NCBI GenBank assembly: GCA_963745035.1
Contig: CAVUVW010000014.1
Coordinates: 1 to 64,000 of the forward strand
Direction: 5' to 3'
Source: an uncultured delta proteobacterium
Lineage (GTDB): Bacteria > Desulfobacterota > Binatia > UBA9968
Length of the DNA: 64,000 nt
The translations under genes were made by a program, and so were the position numbers. Positions 9,390 to 23,583 of this stretch are shown piece after piece; position 1 is the stretch's first letter, and every line of letters begins with the position of its first letter. Under the pieces are notes generated by a model. That model saw nothing but the letters and a program-made list of their open reading frames with translations. It did not search any database and was not told the DNA's origin.

Positions 9390-10601
9390 CTAAGGCCGAA
9401 GATTCTGCGTGCGGACAACGCCGGCCTTTTCGAGTGCGCCGATTTCGTTCTCGCTATAGCCAATGCCTTTCAGTACTTCGACGCTGTGTTCGCCCAGCGC
9501 GGGCGCAAAGCGGCGAAAGGTCGGCGGCGTGTCGGACAAACGGAAGGGCGATGCCAGTTGGCGCACTTTTCCTTCCAGCGGGTGATCCAGCTCCAGCACC
9601 ATACCACGCTCCTTGGCGTACGGGCCTTCGAGCACTTCGTCGAACTCGAGCATAGGCACCACTGAAATTTCTTTGGGTATGATCGCGAGCCAATCGTCGC
9701 GTGTTTTGGTCAGCATGTGCGCTTTCACTTTGCGAATCATTTCCGCATTACCCGCCGGAACCGTGTCGCGCATTTCCGGCAACCCGACGGCGTCGCAGAA
9801 CGGCGCCCAGAAATGCGCCTGCGCGAATGCCGCGCTGCTCAAGTACTTGCCGTCTTTGCATCGCAGGTTGCCGATGCTTGGGAAGCCGCGCTTGCGCACT
9901 TTCTTATTGCGGAAGTAGTCGGGCACGTTGGAATTCACGAACGCCGTGCCGCCTTCCACAAGAGCGATGTCGACCTGCTGTCCGCGCCCGGTTTGCTCAC
10001 GGGCAAAAAGCGCCGATTGAATCGCGATCACGGCCAACGCCGCCGAATAGCTATCCACCGGCTGGCAGAGCATATCCGCCGGCTCACCGTCCTGCCCGGT
10101 CATGAGCGCGCCCACCCCGGACATCCCTTGCGCATTGCGCTCGTTGCCGGGCCATTCCGTAAAACTGTTGCCGAAGCCGTAGCCGCTAATGGTCGCGTAG
10201 ATCAAGCGCGGGTTGATCTTGCTCAACCTCTCGTAGTCCGCGCCCAGCCGCTTATAAACTCCGAGACGAAACGAGCCGAAAAAAACATCTGCGTCTTTGA
10301 CCAGCCGATGAAAGATCGCCTGGCCTTCCGGCTTCTGCAGATTGATGGCAATGCTCCGCTTGTTCCGGTGCGTATGATCCCAAGCATTCGCCCGCACCTC
10401 TTTTTCGCGCGCCTCCTGACTGGCGGTGAAATTTTCCCTCGACCGACGCGCCGCCTGTTGATCGCGGTAGGCGCTCCGATCAGCGACGTCTTCAATCTTC
10501 AGCACATCCATTCCAAGGTCGGCCAGCATCCAGGTCGCCATCGGCCCTGGTACTAAGCGGGTCAGATCGAGCATGCGAAAACGTTCTAAAGGCAGCGTCA
10601 T
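9390..10601 (-). CDS. family III CoA-transferase (CaiB/BaiF)
   Basis: LDLTRLVPGP..LADLG.DVLKIE, RNKRSIAINL, ISGYG, APALGEH; start MTLPLERF with AGGAG RBS. Confidence 0.9.
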   Translation of the reverse strand: MTLPLERFRMLDLTRLVPGPMATWMLADLGMDVLKIEDVADRSAYRDQQAARRSRENFTASQEAREKEVRANAWDHTHRNKRSIAINLQKPEGQAIFHRLVKDADVFFGSFRLGVYKRLGADYERLSKINPRLIYATISGYGFGNSFTEWPGNERNAQGMSGVGALMTGQDGEPADMLCQPVDSYSAALAVIAIQSALFAREQTGRGQQVDIALVEGGTAFVNSNVPDYFRNKKVRKRGFPSIGNLRCKDGKYLSSAAFAQAHFWAPFCDAVGLPEMRDTVPAGNAEMIRKVKAHMLTKTRDDWLAIIPKEISVVPMLEFDEVLEGPYAKERGMVLELDHPLEGKVRQLASPFRLSDTPPTFRRFAPALGEHSVEVLKGIGYSENEIGALEKAGVVRTQNLRP

Positions 10602-10825
10602 TTCATGGACTCCTTTTGTTTCATCACGGGTACCACAACACACTGTCCCGATGCACGAGAAACTGCCAACGCCCAGATTGGTTGGATAGTGCGCGCAACG
10701 GTGCGGTGTCTGTCTGCGAACGGTGTCCCGCTGGTGAGTTTCGCTCTCGACTTGCAGAGCCGACTCGGTTCTTGTAATAGCTGGGCCACGACACGTCATG
10801 ATTCCGCGCGGTTTTGGAGCAAAAT

Positions 10826-11761
10826 ATGAGACGACGATGGCTCTTTAATCTTGTGTTGATCACCTTGGCCGTTCTCTCCGGTTTAAATGGCATTGCCAAC
10901 GTTGCGGCGCAGACGCGGGAAACGGTCGAAGTAAAAACGCTCACCTTGGGAATGGTTTCGGAAACCCACCGGAAAGAAATCGAAGAACACTTCCGGGACT
11001 TTGTGCGGTATGTGGCGCGCAAGCTTTCTTCCGGCCGTGAGATCGAGGGGAAGGTCGTCACGGCGGCGACGCCCTTCGAGCTCTCCAAGATTCTCGAGCA
11101 ACGCAGAGTCGATTTCTATATGGAAAGCGCCTATCCCACCTACGTGATCAATTCCGTGCACGGGGCAGGTAAGCTACTGTTGCGCCGGTGGAAAAGCGGC
11201 ATGGCCGAGTATTACAGCGTGATTTTTACGAGAAAGAATGGCGAAATAAAACGCCTGGAAGACTTGAAAGGCAAAACCATCGTTTTCGAAGATCCCGGTT
11301 CGACTTCCGGTTACTTGATGCCAAAGTTATTTCTCCAGCGGCGCGGATTCAAGCTCACGGAAAAGGCGGGTTTCAATCCCAATAGCGCGGCAACCGACGT
11401 CGGTTATATTTTTGCCCGCTCTCAGCAGCGACTCGTCGAGGCGGTTCTTACCCAACCATCAGCCGCCGGCGCTTTCAGCAGCGACGATTTTGCCGCGCTC
11501 GATGACAAGAAAAAGAATGAAATCACAGAGCTTGCGCTCACCGACCGGTTACCGCGGCACTTGGTCTCTGTGCGGAGCGATCTCGCGCCGGCCTTGGTCG
11601 CAAGCCTCGAAAAGATTCTGCTCTCGATGGATGACGACGTGGAAGGACAAAAAATCCTGCAAAAAACCGACGGCACCACCAAGTTCGACATTCTCCCGGG
11701 CGGAGAAGAGGCCATGCGCCGGAGACTTTTGGACAGCTTTTACTCTCCACCCGCCAAGTAA
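10826..11761 (+). CDS. phosphate/phosphite/phosphonate ABC substrate-binding protein (PhnD-like)
   Basis: DLKGKTIVFEDPGSTSGYLMP motif; signal peptide. Confidence 0.85.
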   Translation: MRRRWLFNLVLITLAVLSGLNGIANVAAQTRETVEVKTLTLGMVSETHRKEIEEHFRDFVRYVARKLSSGREIEGKVVTAATPFELSKILEQRRVDFYMESAYPTYVINSVHGAGKLLLRRWKSGMAEYYSVIFTRKNGEIKRLEDLKGKTIVFEDPGSTSGYLMPKLFLQRRGFKLTEKAGFNPNSAATDVGYIFARSQQRLVEAVLTQPSAAGAFSSDDFAALDDKKKNEITELALTDRLPRHLVSVRSDLAPALVASLEKILLSMDDDVEGQKILQKTDGTTKFDILPGGEEAMRRRLLDSFYSPPAK

Positions 11762-11896
11762 AAGTAGGCGTGAGGCGGTAGGCGTGAGACGAGAGGAGCG
11801 GGACGAGCACACCGCGCCATCTTCGCCTTCGGGCCACCGAAAGAACTGTTAAGATGCCTAGGTGCGCCAAACGCTCACCCGGAGAAGGGAGAACCC

Positions 11897-13228
11897 GTGA
11901 TCGTCCGAAACCGCGTTGGGAACAGGATCCTGCTTTCACTTTGCGTCTTCGCCGCGGCGAGTTTGATTTCGCCAAAGAGCCACGCCAACCTACAAAGATA
12001 CGTAGACAAGCCTGAGTCCGCTTTCGAGTGGCAAGTGAAAACCAAGATCGAGCGCGAGCAGACCCGCGATCGGATTTACGATCTGCAGTTCGTGTCGCAG
12101 ACTTGGCGGGGCGAGAAGTGGCGCCACCAACTGCAGGTTTATCAGCCCGCGGACGCGACACCAGGCGCCAAGATGTTTCTCTGGGTGACCGGCGGCTCGG
12201 CGTCGGCGCAAACGAACGCCCTAGGGCTCGAGCTGGCGCGCAAGATCAAGGCGCCGGTCGCCTTCGTTTATCACATTCCCAATCAGCCGTTGCTCGAAGG
12301 CGACCTGCGCGAAGACGACCTGATCGCGGAAACTTTTGTCCGTTACCTGAAGTCCGAGGACGACAGCTGGCCGCTGCTGTTGCCGATGGTGAAGAGCGTC
12401 GTCAAAGCGATGGACGTTTTGCAGGCGTTCAGCAAGAAAGAATGGAGCGCGCCCGTCGACCAGTTTATCGTCGCCGGCGCTTCGAAGCGCGGTTGGACCA
12501 CCTGGCTAACAGCCGCGGTCGATCCCCGCGTCGGCGCCATCGCGCCGGTGGTCATCGACGTGCTCAACATGCGCGCGCAGATGTCACGCCAGATCGAAGC
12601 TTTCGGCGCCTATAGCGCGCGTCTCATCGCGTACAGCAGCCGCGGTCTTCTGCCAATCCCCGAGACGCCCGCCGGTAAAAGACTTTTGGATATGGTCGAT
12701 CCCTGGGCATATCGTGCCCGGCTGACGATGCCCAAGTTGATCGTCAATGGCACCAATGATTTTTACTGGGCCACCGACGCATTGAACTTATATTGGGACG
12801 GCATCCCGAACGACAAATGGGTGCTGTACCTTCCCAACGCCGGACATAATCTGCGACGCCAAGACCGCCCGCCGAGCGAGCAATTGAACGACCTGATCAC
12901 CGGCCTCGCCGCCTTCACGCGCCATCAGATCAACGGTACGGCGATGCCGAGCTTACGCTGGCGGCACGAAAACGCCGACGGCAAACTGCGCTTGATCATC
13001 GACGCGACGCCTGCGCCGCGTAGCGCGAGACTATGGGTCGCCCGATCACCCAGCAGCGATTTCCGCACGACCGAATGGCGGCAGGAAAATCTGCGCGTTG
13101 CAGACGGCAGGGTCATCGGCGAAGTCGCGCGGCCGGACCAAGGCCGTCTGGCCTTTTTCGGCGAGCTGGAATACGAAGTCGACGGCTTGAGCTACACCTT
13201 GTCGACGCAAATGCGTATGACGCAATAA
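11897..13228 (+). CDS. PhoPQ-activated pathogenicity-related (PqaA) family alpha/beta hydrolase
   Basis: PNQP, EDDLIA, GASKRGWTTW, VDPWAY, PNAGH motifs; signal peptide. Confidence 0.85.
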   Translation: MIVRNRVGNRILLSLCVFAAASLISPKSHANLQRYVDKPESAFEWQVKTKIEREQTRDRIYDLQFVSQTWRGEKWRHQLQVYQPADATPGAKMFLWVTGGSASAQTNALGLELARKIKAPVAFVYHIPNQPLLEGDLREDDLIAETFVRYLKSEDDSWPLLLPMVKSVVKAMDVLQAFSKKEWSAPVDQFIVAGASKRGWTTWLTAAVDPRVGAIAPVVIDVLNMRAQMSRQIEAFGAYSARLIAYSSRGLLPIPETPAGKRLLDMVDPWAYRARLTMPKLIVNGTNDFYWATDALNLYWDGIPNDKWVLYLPNAGHNLRRQDRPPSEQLNDLITGLAAFTRHQINGTAMPSLRWRHENADGKLRLIIDATPAPRSARLWVARSPSSDFRTTEWRQENLRVADGRVIGEVARPDQGRLAFFGELEYEVDGLSYTLSTQMRMTQ

Positions 13229-13483
13229 GCGGGCTGTGCGTACTCGTGTTGCGAAAACAAAGGCTGAATCCCGAAGAACGAAGTATCTTAAGAGAGGTCC
13301 GAGCCCACTCGCCGCGGTTTCGCCAAAACCATAGCTAACGCTCCGGGCCCGGACACTTCGCCCGGCCATCCATGCCAGCCTAAACCTCGGTACCCTCGCC
13401 GTGAGCCTCGGTATCGCGAAGCATAGTGACCCGACCCGGCAAATTCGTTGCATCCGCGGCGGACGAGAAATAAGGTGGCGTCC

Positions 13484-14114
13484 ATGAGCGTGAAAGAAGT
13501 GCCGAGCGACCACGATTTCTTCGATCCGGCCTACGTCAAGCACTGGACCGAAAGCATTAGCAGATATCGGCCGGAGCGGAAGCGATTGTTCGAGGTATTT
13601 GCCGCCGAAGCCGCGCGGATCAAGAAAGGCGCATTATCGGTCTTCGAGCTCGGATGCGGACCGGGATTTCTCGCCGAAGCATTGCTGAAAAATTGCGACA
13701 TCGCGCGCTACACGCTGGTCGACTTCTCGCCGCAGATGCTGGACCTTAGCCGCAGTCGCCTGGCAAAGTTTCAAGACCGGACGGTTTTCATTCAGGCGGA
13801 TTTCAAAAAAGCCGATTGGGCAGCGGGGATTGGCGCCGGCTTCGATCTCATCGTCTCGCTCCAGGCCGTGCACGAGCTTCGCCACGCGAGCCGCATCCCG
13901 AAGCTTTATGCTCAGCTCTACGGCCTGCTGGTTCCCGGAGGAACCATTTTGATCTGCGATCACGTCAATTCTTCCTCGCCTTCCGGTCATCGAGCCGCCC
14001 ATTTCATGACGGTCGAAGAGCATTTGTCGACTTTCAAGAAAGTTGGTTTCATCAACGCCAAGAGAAATCTGCCCCGCCGCCGACCTGAGCCTGATGGCGG
14101 CAGAGAAGCCTTAA
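13484..14114 (+). CDS. class I SAM-dependent methyltransferase (+1 frameshift near 14058)
   Basis: ELGCGPG motif I, VDFS, ADF; the duplicate at 16746 shows the uninterrupted C-terminus INAREICPAADLSLMAAEKP*. Confidence 0.85.
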
Positions 14115-14447
14115 GAAAAAACTGATTCAAAAAGTCCGCGTAAGACTAGAGATCTGATCGCGTGGAACTCGCGGTCGCGAGTGGAAAAGTGCTGCTTACT
14201 TGAGTATGCGGGGATAATTTATCGTGCCAGCAATGCAGGGCCTCGAAATACGAGTCGCGCTGTGCCACTTGTAAGAACTTACGTCCGCCCCATTACTTTG
14301 TTCGCCAGCCAGATCATCTATAGTGCTGCAGAGTTCATGTGTCGCTTACCGACAAAGCATCGGCCGCGGGGAGCAGCGGAAGTCCACACCACACCCCATA
14401 TCTGGCGTAGCGAAACCATCGAGCGTGCCATTGCAGGAACTGATGCG

Positions 14448-15419
14448 GTGAGTCTGCTCGTACTTATCGCGGGCGTGGTGGCATGCGCCGTGGCGGGATG
14501 CTCGGCCACGGCGTGGAAATCACCGCTGGGTCGGGATCATCCTCTCACCGACCGAGTTTGGGAGGTCTCCTCCGACCGATTCATCGATCGTCAGAGTCTG
14601 GTCGAACGTTTGGCTCGCGCTGACTTCCTCCTTCTCGGCGAGCGCCATGACAACCGCGACCATCATCTGCTGCAAGCCGGAGTGGTGCGGAGTCTGGTTG
14701 CCGCTGGGCGGCGTCCCGCAGTGGGTTTCGAAATGTTTGGCCTCGACGACGCCGGCGCGATTGCCGATCATCTCGCCGCCGCTCCGAACGATGCCGCCGG
14801 ACTCGGCAGGGCAGTGAATTGGAACCGGCGTGGTTGGCCGGATTGGGCAATGTACCAACCCATCGCCGAGGCAGCCCTGCAAGCAAAGCTACGGATCGTG
14901 GCGACAAATCTGCCGCTCGCCACTGCGAGAAAGATGACCAGGGACGGCCTCGCCGCCCTCGAGCCGAGAGTCGCGCGCGACCTGGGCCTCGACCGGCGGC
15001 CGCCCGAACCTGTGTTTGCAAGGATCGCGGCTGATATCGGCGCTGCCCATTGCGGCTACGCATCCGAGCAAAGCGTCAAAGCGATGGTGGATGTGCAGCG
15101 GGCCAGAGACGCTCAGATGGCGCAGAGCTTGATCGCGGCAGCCGATACCGGCGGTGTGATCCTAGTGGCGGGAGCGGGTCATGTCCGCAACGATTACGGC
15201 ATTCCCGTTTATCTCAAGGCGAAGGCGCCAGGCAAGCGGGTGGTCAGCATGGCTTTCATCGAAGTCGATAAGCAGAAGACCGATCCGCAGGACTACGCGC
15301 GCTCTTACCCCGACGGCCGATGGCCTTTCGATTACATCTGGTTCACGCCGCGCGCCGACGACGAGGACCCTTGCGAAAAGTTCGAGTCCCAGTTGGAACG
15401 AATGAAGAAAACCCGGTGA
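14448..15419 (+). CDS. ChaN-family (Tiki superfamily) lipoprotein
   Basis: LLGERHDN..HH, GFEM, AHCG, QRARDAQMA, AGAGH; lipobox VAGC. Confidence 0.85.
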   Translation: MSLLVLIAGVVACAVAGCSATAWKSPLGRDHPLTDRVWEVSSDRFIDRQSLVERLARADFLLLGERHDNRDHHLLQAGVVRSLVAAGRRPAVGFEMFGLDDAGAIADHLAAAPNDAAGLGRAVNWNRRGWPDWAMYQPIAEAALQAKLRIVATNLPLATARKMTRDGLAALEPRVARDLGLDRRPPEPVFARIAADIGAAHCGYASEQSVKAMVDVQRARDAQMAQSLIAAADTGGVILVAGAGHVRNDYGIPVYLKAKAPGKRVVSMAFIEVDKQKTDPQDYARSYPDGRWPFDYIWFTPRADDEDPCEKFESQLERMKKTR

Positions 15420-15577
15420 GCGGACAACGGGTCGAACGGATATCGCGGCAGGCTGCTCGCACTGACTTGTTTCTTGGCTCATTCGAATGGCTTTTCATAA
15501 TCCCTCGCTTCCATCGGCACGGCACGGTGCTAAGCTGTTTGGGAAGAACCGCTGTAGCAGCGAAGGGTCAGCCCGTA

Positions 15578-15898
15578 ATGTGGGAAAAGTTCAAGCAAAC
15601 CTGGCAACGGATCAAAGCGGGTAAAGCCGGGCAGCGTTTTCAGCAAGAGTTCAGGCGCCGTCACGGCGCCGGCCGTAGTCCGATCCGAAAGGCATTGCTG
15701 ATAGGCGGCGGCCTCTTGTTTATGGCCGCTGGGTTCGTTCTCCTTTTCATTCCCGGACCGGGTCTGGTCTTTCTCTTCGTCGGCGCATTCCTGATCGCGC
15801 AACAGTCATTACTCGCGGCTCGGGCGCTCGACTGGAGCGAGCTGCGCTTGAGAAAACTGCTCGCCGGAGTTAGCGGCGCCGCTTCTCGGCAACCCTGA
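15578..15898 (+). CDS. PGPGW-domain small membrane protein
   Basis: 'LLFIPGPGLVF' motif within two hydrophobic segments. Confidence 0.7.
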   Translation: MWEKFKQTWQRIKAGKAGQRFQQEFRRRHGAGRSPIRKALLIGGGLLFMAAGFVLLFIPGPGLVFLFVGAFLIAQQSLLAARALDWSELRLRKLLAGVSGAASRQP

Positions 15899-16037
15899 AG
15901 CTCGTTGGCGCCGCCTGGATTGTACCGGGGAATGATAAGGTTCCGATCGATCGAGCTCTCACCGATATTAAATTTCAAGCAAGAGGCGGACGCGTCGAGT
16001 TTGAAAGCTGGTCACCAGACCCCGCAGCTACCCCTCC

Positions 16038-16625
16038 ATGACTGACAAACCATTAGTCGAAATAGCGGGCCGACCAATCCAGCTCTTCAATGGTGTCAAT
16101 CTCGATGGCTGGCGGCAGGCTGGCCCTGGCGGGTTCAGGATCGACAATCGAGTGCTCGTGACGGAAGGCGGCTTGGGTCTGCTATGGTATTCGGCCCGAC
16201 AGTTCGGGAACTTCGAGCTTAGCGTAGACTGGAAGGTATCGAAGAAGAGCGACAATTCGGGGGTTTTTGTCCGCTTCCCCGCGCCGACCGTTGCTGATGA
16301 ACCAGACGGCGATCCACGGATTGCCATCGATCAGGGATACGAAATACAAATCGACGATGAGGGTGCGCCGGACGGCAAAATGCTTCACAAGACAGGTGCT
16401 ATCTATGGCTTCCAGCCACCGACGAAGGTCGCTTCCAGGCAGCCGGGCGAGTGGAACACTTTTCTGATCCGTATTGAAGGACACATTTATAACGTGACGC
16501 TAAACGGCGAACCCGTGATCTCCAACTTCAAGGGCAATCGTTCGATGCGCGGTCACATCGGATTGCAGAACCATTCACCCGAGGACCGAGTCTTTTTCCG
16601 CAGTATCATCGCCACGCCGTTCTGA
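16038..16625 (+). CDS. DUF1080 / 3-keto-disaccharide hydrolase-like protein
   Basis: LFNG.NLDGW, NSGVFVR, GYEIQI, TGAIY, GEWN, GHIGLQNH. Confidence 0.9.
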   Translation: MTDKPLVEIAGRPIQLFNGVNLDGWRQAGPGGFRIDNRVLVTEGGLGLLWYSARQFGNFELSVDWKVSKKSDNSGVFVRFPAPTVADEPDGDPRIAIDQGYEIQIDDEGAPDGKMLHKTGAIYGFQPPTKVASRQPGEWNTFLIRIEGHIYNVTLNGEPVISNFKGNRSMRGHIGLQNHSPEDRVFFRSIIATPF

Positions 16626-16745
16626 AGCGGAACGGAGCGGACCGATGGATCCGCTGGAGCGTACGCTAGTTAATTTTTTTGGTAGGAGGAATTCCGATGA
16701 GCAGCGTCCATTTTTTCCTCTTGTCCACGAATCATGGACATTGCA

Positions 16746-16994
16746 GAGCCGCATCCCGAAGCTTTACGCTCAGCTCTACGGCCTGCTCGCTCCCGGAGGA
16801 ACCATTTTGATTTGCGATCACGTCAATTCTTCCTCGCCTTCCGGTCACCGAGCCGCCCATTTCATGACGGTCGAAGAGCATTTGTCGACCTTCAAGAAAG
16901 CCGGTTTCATCAACGCAAGAGAAATCTGCCCCGCCGCCGACTTGAGCCTGATGGCGGCAGAGAAGCCTTAAGAAAAAGCTGATTCGAAAAGCCG
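16746..16994 (+). pseudogene. duplicate of the 3' end and downstream flank of the methyltransferase gene (13888-14137)
   Basis: near-identical DNA encoding SRIPKLYAQLYGLL...AAEKP*. Confidence 0.9.
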
Positions 16995-17160
16995 CCGCGG
17001 TCGTGTTTTGGTAACGGTCAACGAGAAATCCGCGTCCCCTTAGAGCTGAATATCTAGTAGACTACAGAATTGTGAAGAATCTCGAAAAAAGACGGCCGAT
17101 TCCAGTGCTCTTCCAGAAGAGAATCCAATAATCCTAAGATGGAGAACGCCGCAGGAGGCA

Positions 17161-20128
<2,968 letters not shown>

Positions 20129-20647
20129 CTTCAAAGAATCGCCCGCGAAGGCCGCGATTGCCTCATGCGAAAGAGATGGAAACAGCGATCTGGGAAATCC
20201 CGCGCGACGCCGAGGTGATCGCGCTGCTAAAAAAAGTTTCCGAGGAAGGTCCGCTTCCCGCGCGATAGACCGCAAAGGCCGGTTAGGCTATCAACAGAAA
20301 GATTTTACCCCTGCAATCTCGACGGATGCGATTTCCGATTTCGACAATTTAATCAAAAATCGGAGATAATCAGATTTCATTCCATGGAACGGCTGGAACC
20401 CTTCAAAAATCAGGAAAATTTCGCGAGGCGATAAACAATCGAAGTCCGAACCGCTTGAACGCAGTTGATACGAGCGGCAACCATTTTCAGTCCAAAGGAA
20501 GCCGGGTAATTTCAGCGACGGAAGCCGCGCGCAGCTTCGCCCCTAACTGAGCTGACCTGGAAATTTGCGGGACCGCGTTGACTGAAACCTCCGAGGGCGA
20601 TATAGGGCAGCCACCGCGAAAAACCACAAATCCGGGAGGGCTTTGAA

Positions 20648-21695
20648 GATGAAAGTTGTCGCACTGATCCTTTTCGCCCTTTTCGTTTCCCGTCTCCGGC
20701 CTGGGTGCAGACGCGCAAGCCGGCAAGCCTGAACGAGCTGGTGAGCTATATGGGCGCGGACCGCGAACAGATACTTTACGCCGGCGCCAAGACCCAGGAA
20801 AGTTGATGTGGTACACCTCACTGGCGGGCGGCTCTTACAAGGCGCTCATCGCAGCCTTCGAGGCGAAATACCCCGGGGTCCGAGTCGATGTCTACCGCGC
20901 CGGCGGCGCCGATTTGTATGTTCGGATAACCGAAGAGTACAAGGCCGGGCGAAATCTCGTGGACGCGATCGAAACCACCGAGGGCAATCTCATGTTCATG
21001 CGCGACTCTCGGCTGCTCCAGCCCTACAATTCGCCGCTGCTCAAAGCTTATCCCGACGACGCCAAGGAGGCGGCGGGAAAAGGGCTCTACTATTGGGCCC
21101 TCGCCCGTGAGTCGTACATCGGCTTTACTTACAACAAAAATCTTCTGCCGGCCGCGGCGGTGCCCAAGAATTTCGATGGTCTGCTCCACCCGGATCTCAA
21201 AGGCAAGATGGGGCTGCCGTTGGGAGGAACGTCGGGCGCCAAGGCCATCGGCGCGATGATCAAGGCCAAAGGGGAAGAGTTCGTCAGCAAACTGAAGGAG
21301 CAGCAGATCAAGCTTTACAGTCTCGACGCGCCGGCGCTGGTCAACGTGATCGCCTCGGGCGAAGTCACGGCGTCGCCGGCGATCTTTCAGAGCCATACCT
21401 GGCTCGCGGCGTAGAAAGGCGCGGCGTCGAATGGCTGCCGATGGATTTTGTCCCCAACAACGTCGGCAGCGCGGCCATCGCGCTCAGGCCACCCAATCCC
21501 CATGGCGCGGTTCTCATGGCTGATTTTCTCCTGAGTCCGGACGGCCAAAAGGTCCTGGAAAAGTTTCACTATGGCAGCGCAACGAAAGAGCAGCCGTTCA
21601 AACGCTGGCGGCCGGAGCACGGGGTCCCCACGGAGAAGTACGAAAAGGAGCTCGAGCACTGGGAGAAGCTGCTGAAGCAGATCGGCTACAAATAG
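20648..21695 (+). pseudogene. extracellular solute-binding protein (iron/thiamine-type), disrupted by frameshifts and an in-frame TAG at 21412
   Basis: segments MKVVALILF, WYTSL..AFEAKYPGV and ..PNPHGAVLMADFLLSPDGQKV lie in different frames. Confidence 0.75.
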
Positions 21696-22018
21696 GCTTG
21701 CGGCTAAAGAAGCCGGAGAATTCACCGCAGAGGCGCGGAGAACGCAGAGTCAGGAATTTCTTGGATATGATAAAAACCTTCTCTGCGAACTCTGCGTCTC
21801 CGCGGTAAAAATTGTTTTTGACATCCGCCGCGTGCGAGCGGGATCGGCGCCGTTGCAGCAAATTTCGAAAGCGTTACACATGCGGCAAGGCTTGCGGCTA
21901 AAGAAGCGGAGAATTCACCGCAGAGGCGCGGAGAACGCAGAGTCAGGAATTTCTTGGATATGATAAAAACCTTCTCTGCGAACTCTGCGTCTCCGCGGTA
22001 AAAATTGTTTTTGACATC
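21694..22018. repeat. tandem duplication of a ~132-bp unit, each with a 26-bp imperfect inverted repeat (REP-like hairpin)
   Basis: copies 21694-21825 and 21888-22018 differ by one base; arms ACCGCAGAGGCGCGGAGAACGCAGAG / CTCTGCGAACTCTGCGTCTCCGCGGT. Confidence 0.9.
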
Positions 22019-22095
22019 ATGCGGTAATTGACAATCAGCTTTACGTGAAGGCAGACTGCCGGTAGAAGGTTCCGCGCCTTGCAAAGGGAGAGGCT

Positions 22096-23454
22096 ATGAC
22101 CGATCACGCCGATGCATTCATCACCGCCATCGACCTGCGCGTGCGCGATATTCTTGACCGCTGCACCCGCTGCGCGAAATGCGTCGAGGTTTGTCCCACG
22201 GCGGCGCCGGCGGGGATCGATACCAGCGAGCCGTCGGCGATCGTCGGCGATGTGCTGGATATTTTGCGCGGCGGCGGTGATCCATCGAGCCGAGGCGCCC
22301 GCTGGGCCAACGCGTGCACCGGCTCCGGTCGTTGTCTCACGGCCTGCGATGACGGCGTCAATCCGCGTTTCATGTTGGCGGCGACCCGCCTGAGGCTCAA
22401 CGAGCGGCGCGAGGCGGGCGAACGGCGCGGCACCGGCCGAGCCGGCTTCAAAAAAATGTCCAGCGCGGTGAAGGTGCTGTCGCGCCTGCAGCTGCCGGCC
22501 GATCTCCTTGCCGGTTTCACCCAACCGGCCGCCGCGGGGTCGGATCCGGCGCCGGACATCGTGATGTATCTCGGTTGCAACGTCCTCAAGACGCCGCATA
22601 TCGCGCTGCTCTGCCTCGAAGTCCTGGACCGTCTCGGCGCGCGCTACAAAGTTTTCGCCGGCCCGGCGTATTGCTGCGGCGTGATTCAGTACCGCGCCGG
22701 CGACGCCAAAACGTCGGGGCGAATCGGCGGCAACACGGTGGCCGGATTCGCCGGCACGGGCGCGCCGCGCGTGCTCACGTGGTGTCCGACCTGCAACATC
22801 CAGCTGAGCGAGATCGTCATGCCGAGCACCGACGCCGGCTTCAATCTGCAGCACGTCGTGCCGTACATCGCCGAGCGCATCGACCTGCTTCGCCCGCATT
22901 TTATCCATCCGGTGAATAAACGAATCGCCCTGCACGAACATCCCGGCGTGGCCGGCGTGACCGAAGGCGCGATGAAAATCCTCGCGGCGATTCCGGGTTT
23001 GGAGCTGGTCGATCTCGAACAGCCGCGCGTCGGCTACATGTGCAACTCGCTCGCGCCCGTGCCGGCGTACAAACGCGAGCTGCACGCCCGCGAGCTGGAG
23101 GCCGCGGCTGCGGCCGGAGTCGATTATCTCGTCGGCATCTATCACGCCTGCCATCGCGAGCTGTGCGCCCACGAAGCCACGTCACCGTTCAAAGTCGTCA
23201 ATTTTCTCGAGCTGGTCGGCGAGGCGATGGGCGTCGAGAAACCCGATCTCTTCAAGCAGTGGAAAATGATGCAGGACATCGACCGCATTTTAGCGGAAGT
23301 CGCCACGCATGCGGCTGCTGCAGGGTTGGACTTGGAAAGCGTCCGCGAAGTGCTCCTCGCCAATATGCTGGGCGAACAACCTCTGCCCATCGATTTTCGC
23401 GGCAAGCCGCCGCCTGAACCCAAAGCCGCGCCGGTGCGCGTCATCGCAGAGTAG
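22096..23454 (+). CDS. Fe-S oxidoreductase, HdrD/GlpC-like (ferredoxin-type motifs + CCG domains)
   Basis: CTRCAKCVEVCP, CTGSGRCLTAC, YLGC, YCCG, WCPTC, YHAC. Confidence 0.85.
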   Translation: MTDHADAFITAIDLRVRDILDRCTRCAKCVEVCPTAAPAGIDTSEPSAIVGDVLDILRGGGDPSSRGARWANACTGSGRCLTACDDGVNPRFMLAATRLRLNERREAGERRGTGRAGFKKMSSAVKVLSRLQLPADLLAGFTQPAAAGSDPAPDIVMYLGCNVLKTPHIALLCLEVLDRLGARYKVFAGPAYCCGVIQYRAGDAKTSGRIGGNTVAGFAGTGAPRVLTWCPTCNIQLSEIVMPSTDAGFNLQHVVPYIAERIDLLRPHFIHPVNKRIALHEHPGVAGVTEGAMKILAAIPGLELVDLEQPRVGYMCNSLAPVPAYKRELHARELEAAAAAGVDYLVGIYHACHRELCAHEATSPFKVVNFLELVGEAMGVEKPDLFKQWKMMQDIDRILAEVATHAAAAGLDLESVREVLLANMLGEQPLPIDFRGKPPPEPKAAPVRVIAE

Positions 23455-23583
23455 ACTTGCGCAGTTCCAACTTACATTGCAATTGACGCCAAGTCAGGTT
23501 ACTGGCGTTAGGAATCTACCCGCGCAGGAAACAATTTTAGATCGCTCGGCAGACTCAATGAGAAATGCTCGTCGGAGGATGAC

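Noticed and set aside
16645-16971. Independent 108 aa gene (likewise 29548-29811 and 55323-55742)
   Set aside because: Chance ORFs made of unrelated upstream sequence joined to duplicated gene tails
13888-16994. Diversity-generating retroelement template/variable repeat pair
   Set aside because: Differences between copies are not adenine-specific and no reverse transcriptase is present in the window
21412-21414. Recoded TAG (pyrrolysine or read-through)
   Set aside because: The same gene has additional frameshifts and TAG is used as a normal stop elsewhere in the window
21694-22018. CRISPR array
   Set aside because: Only two units of ~132 bp, no series of unique spacers, no cas genes
21943-23172. 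409 aa minus-strand ORF
   Set aside because: Antisense shadow of the Fe-S oxidoreductase
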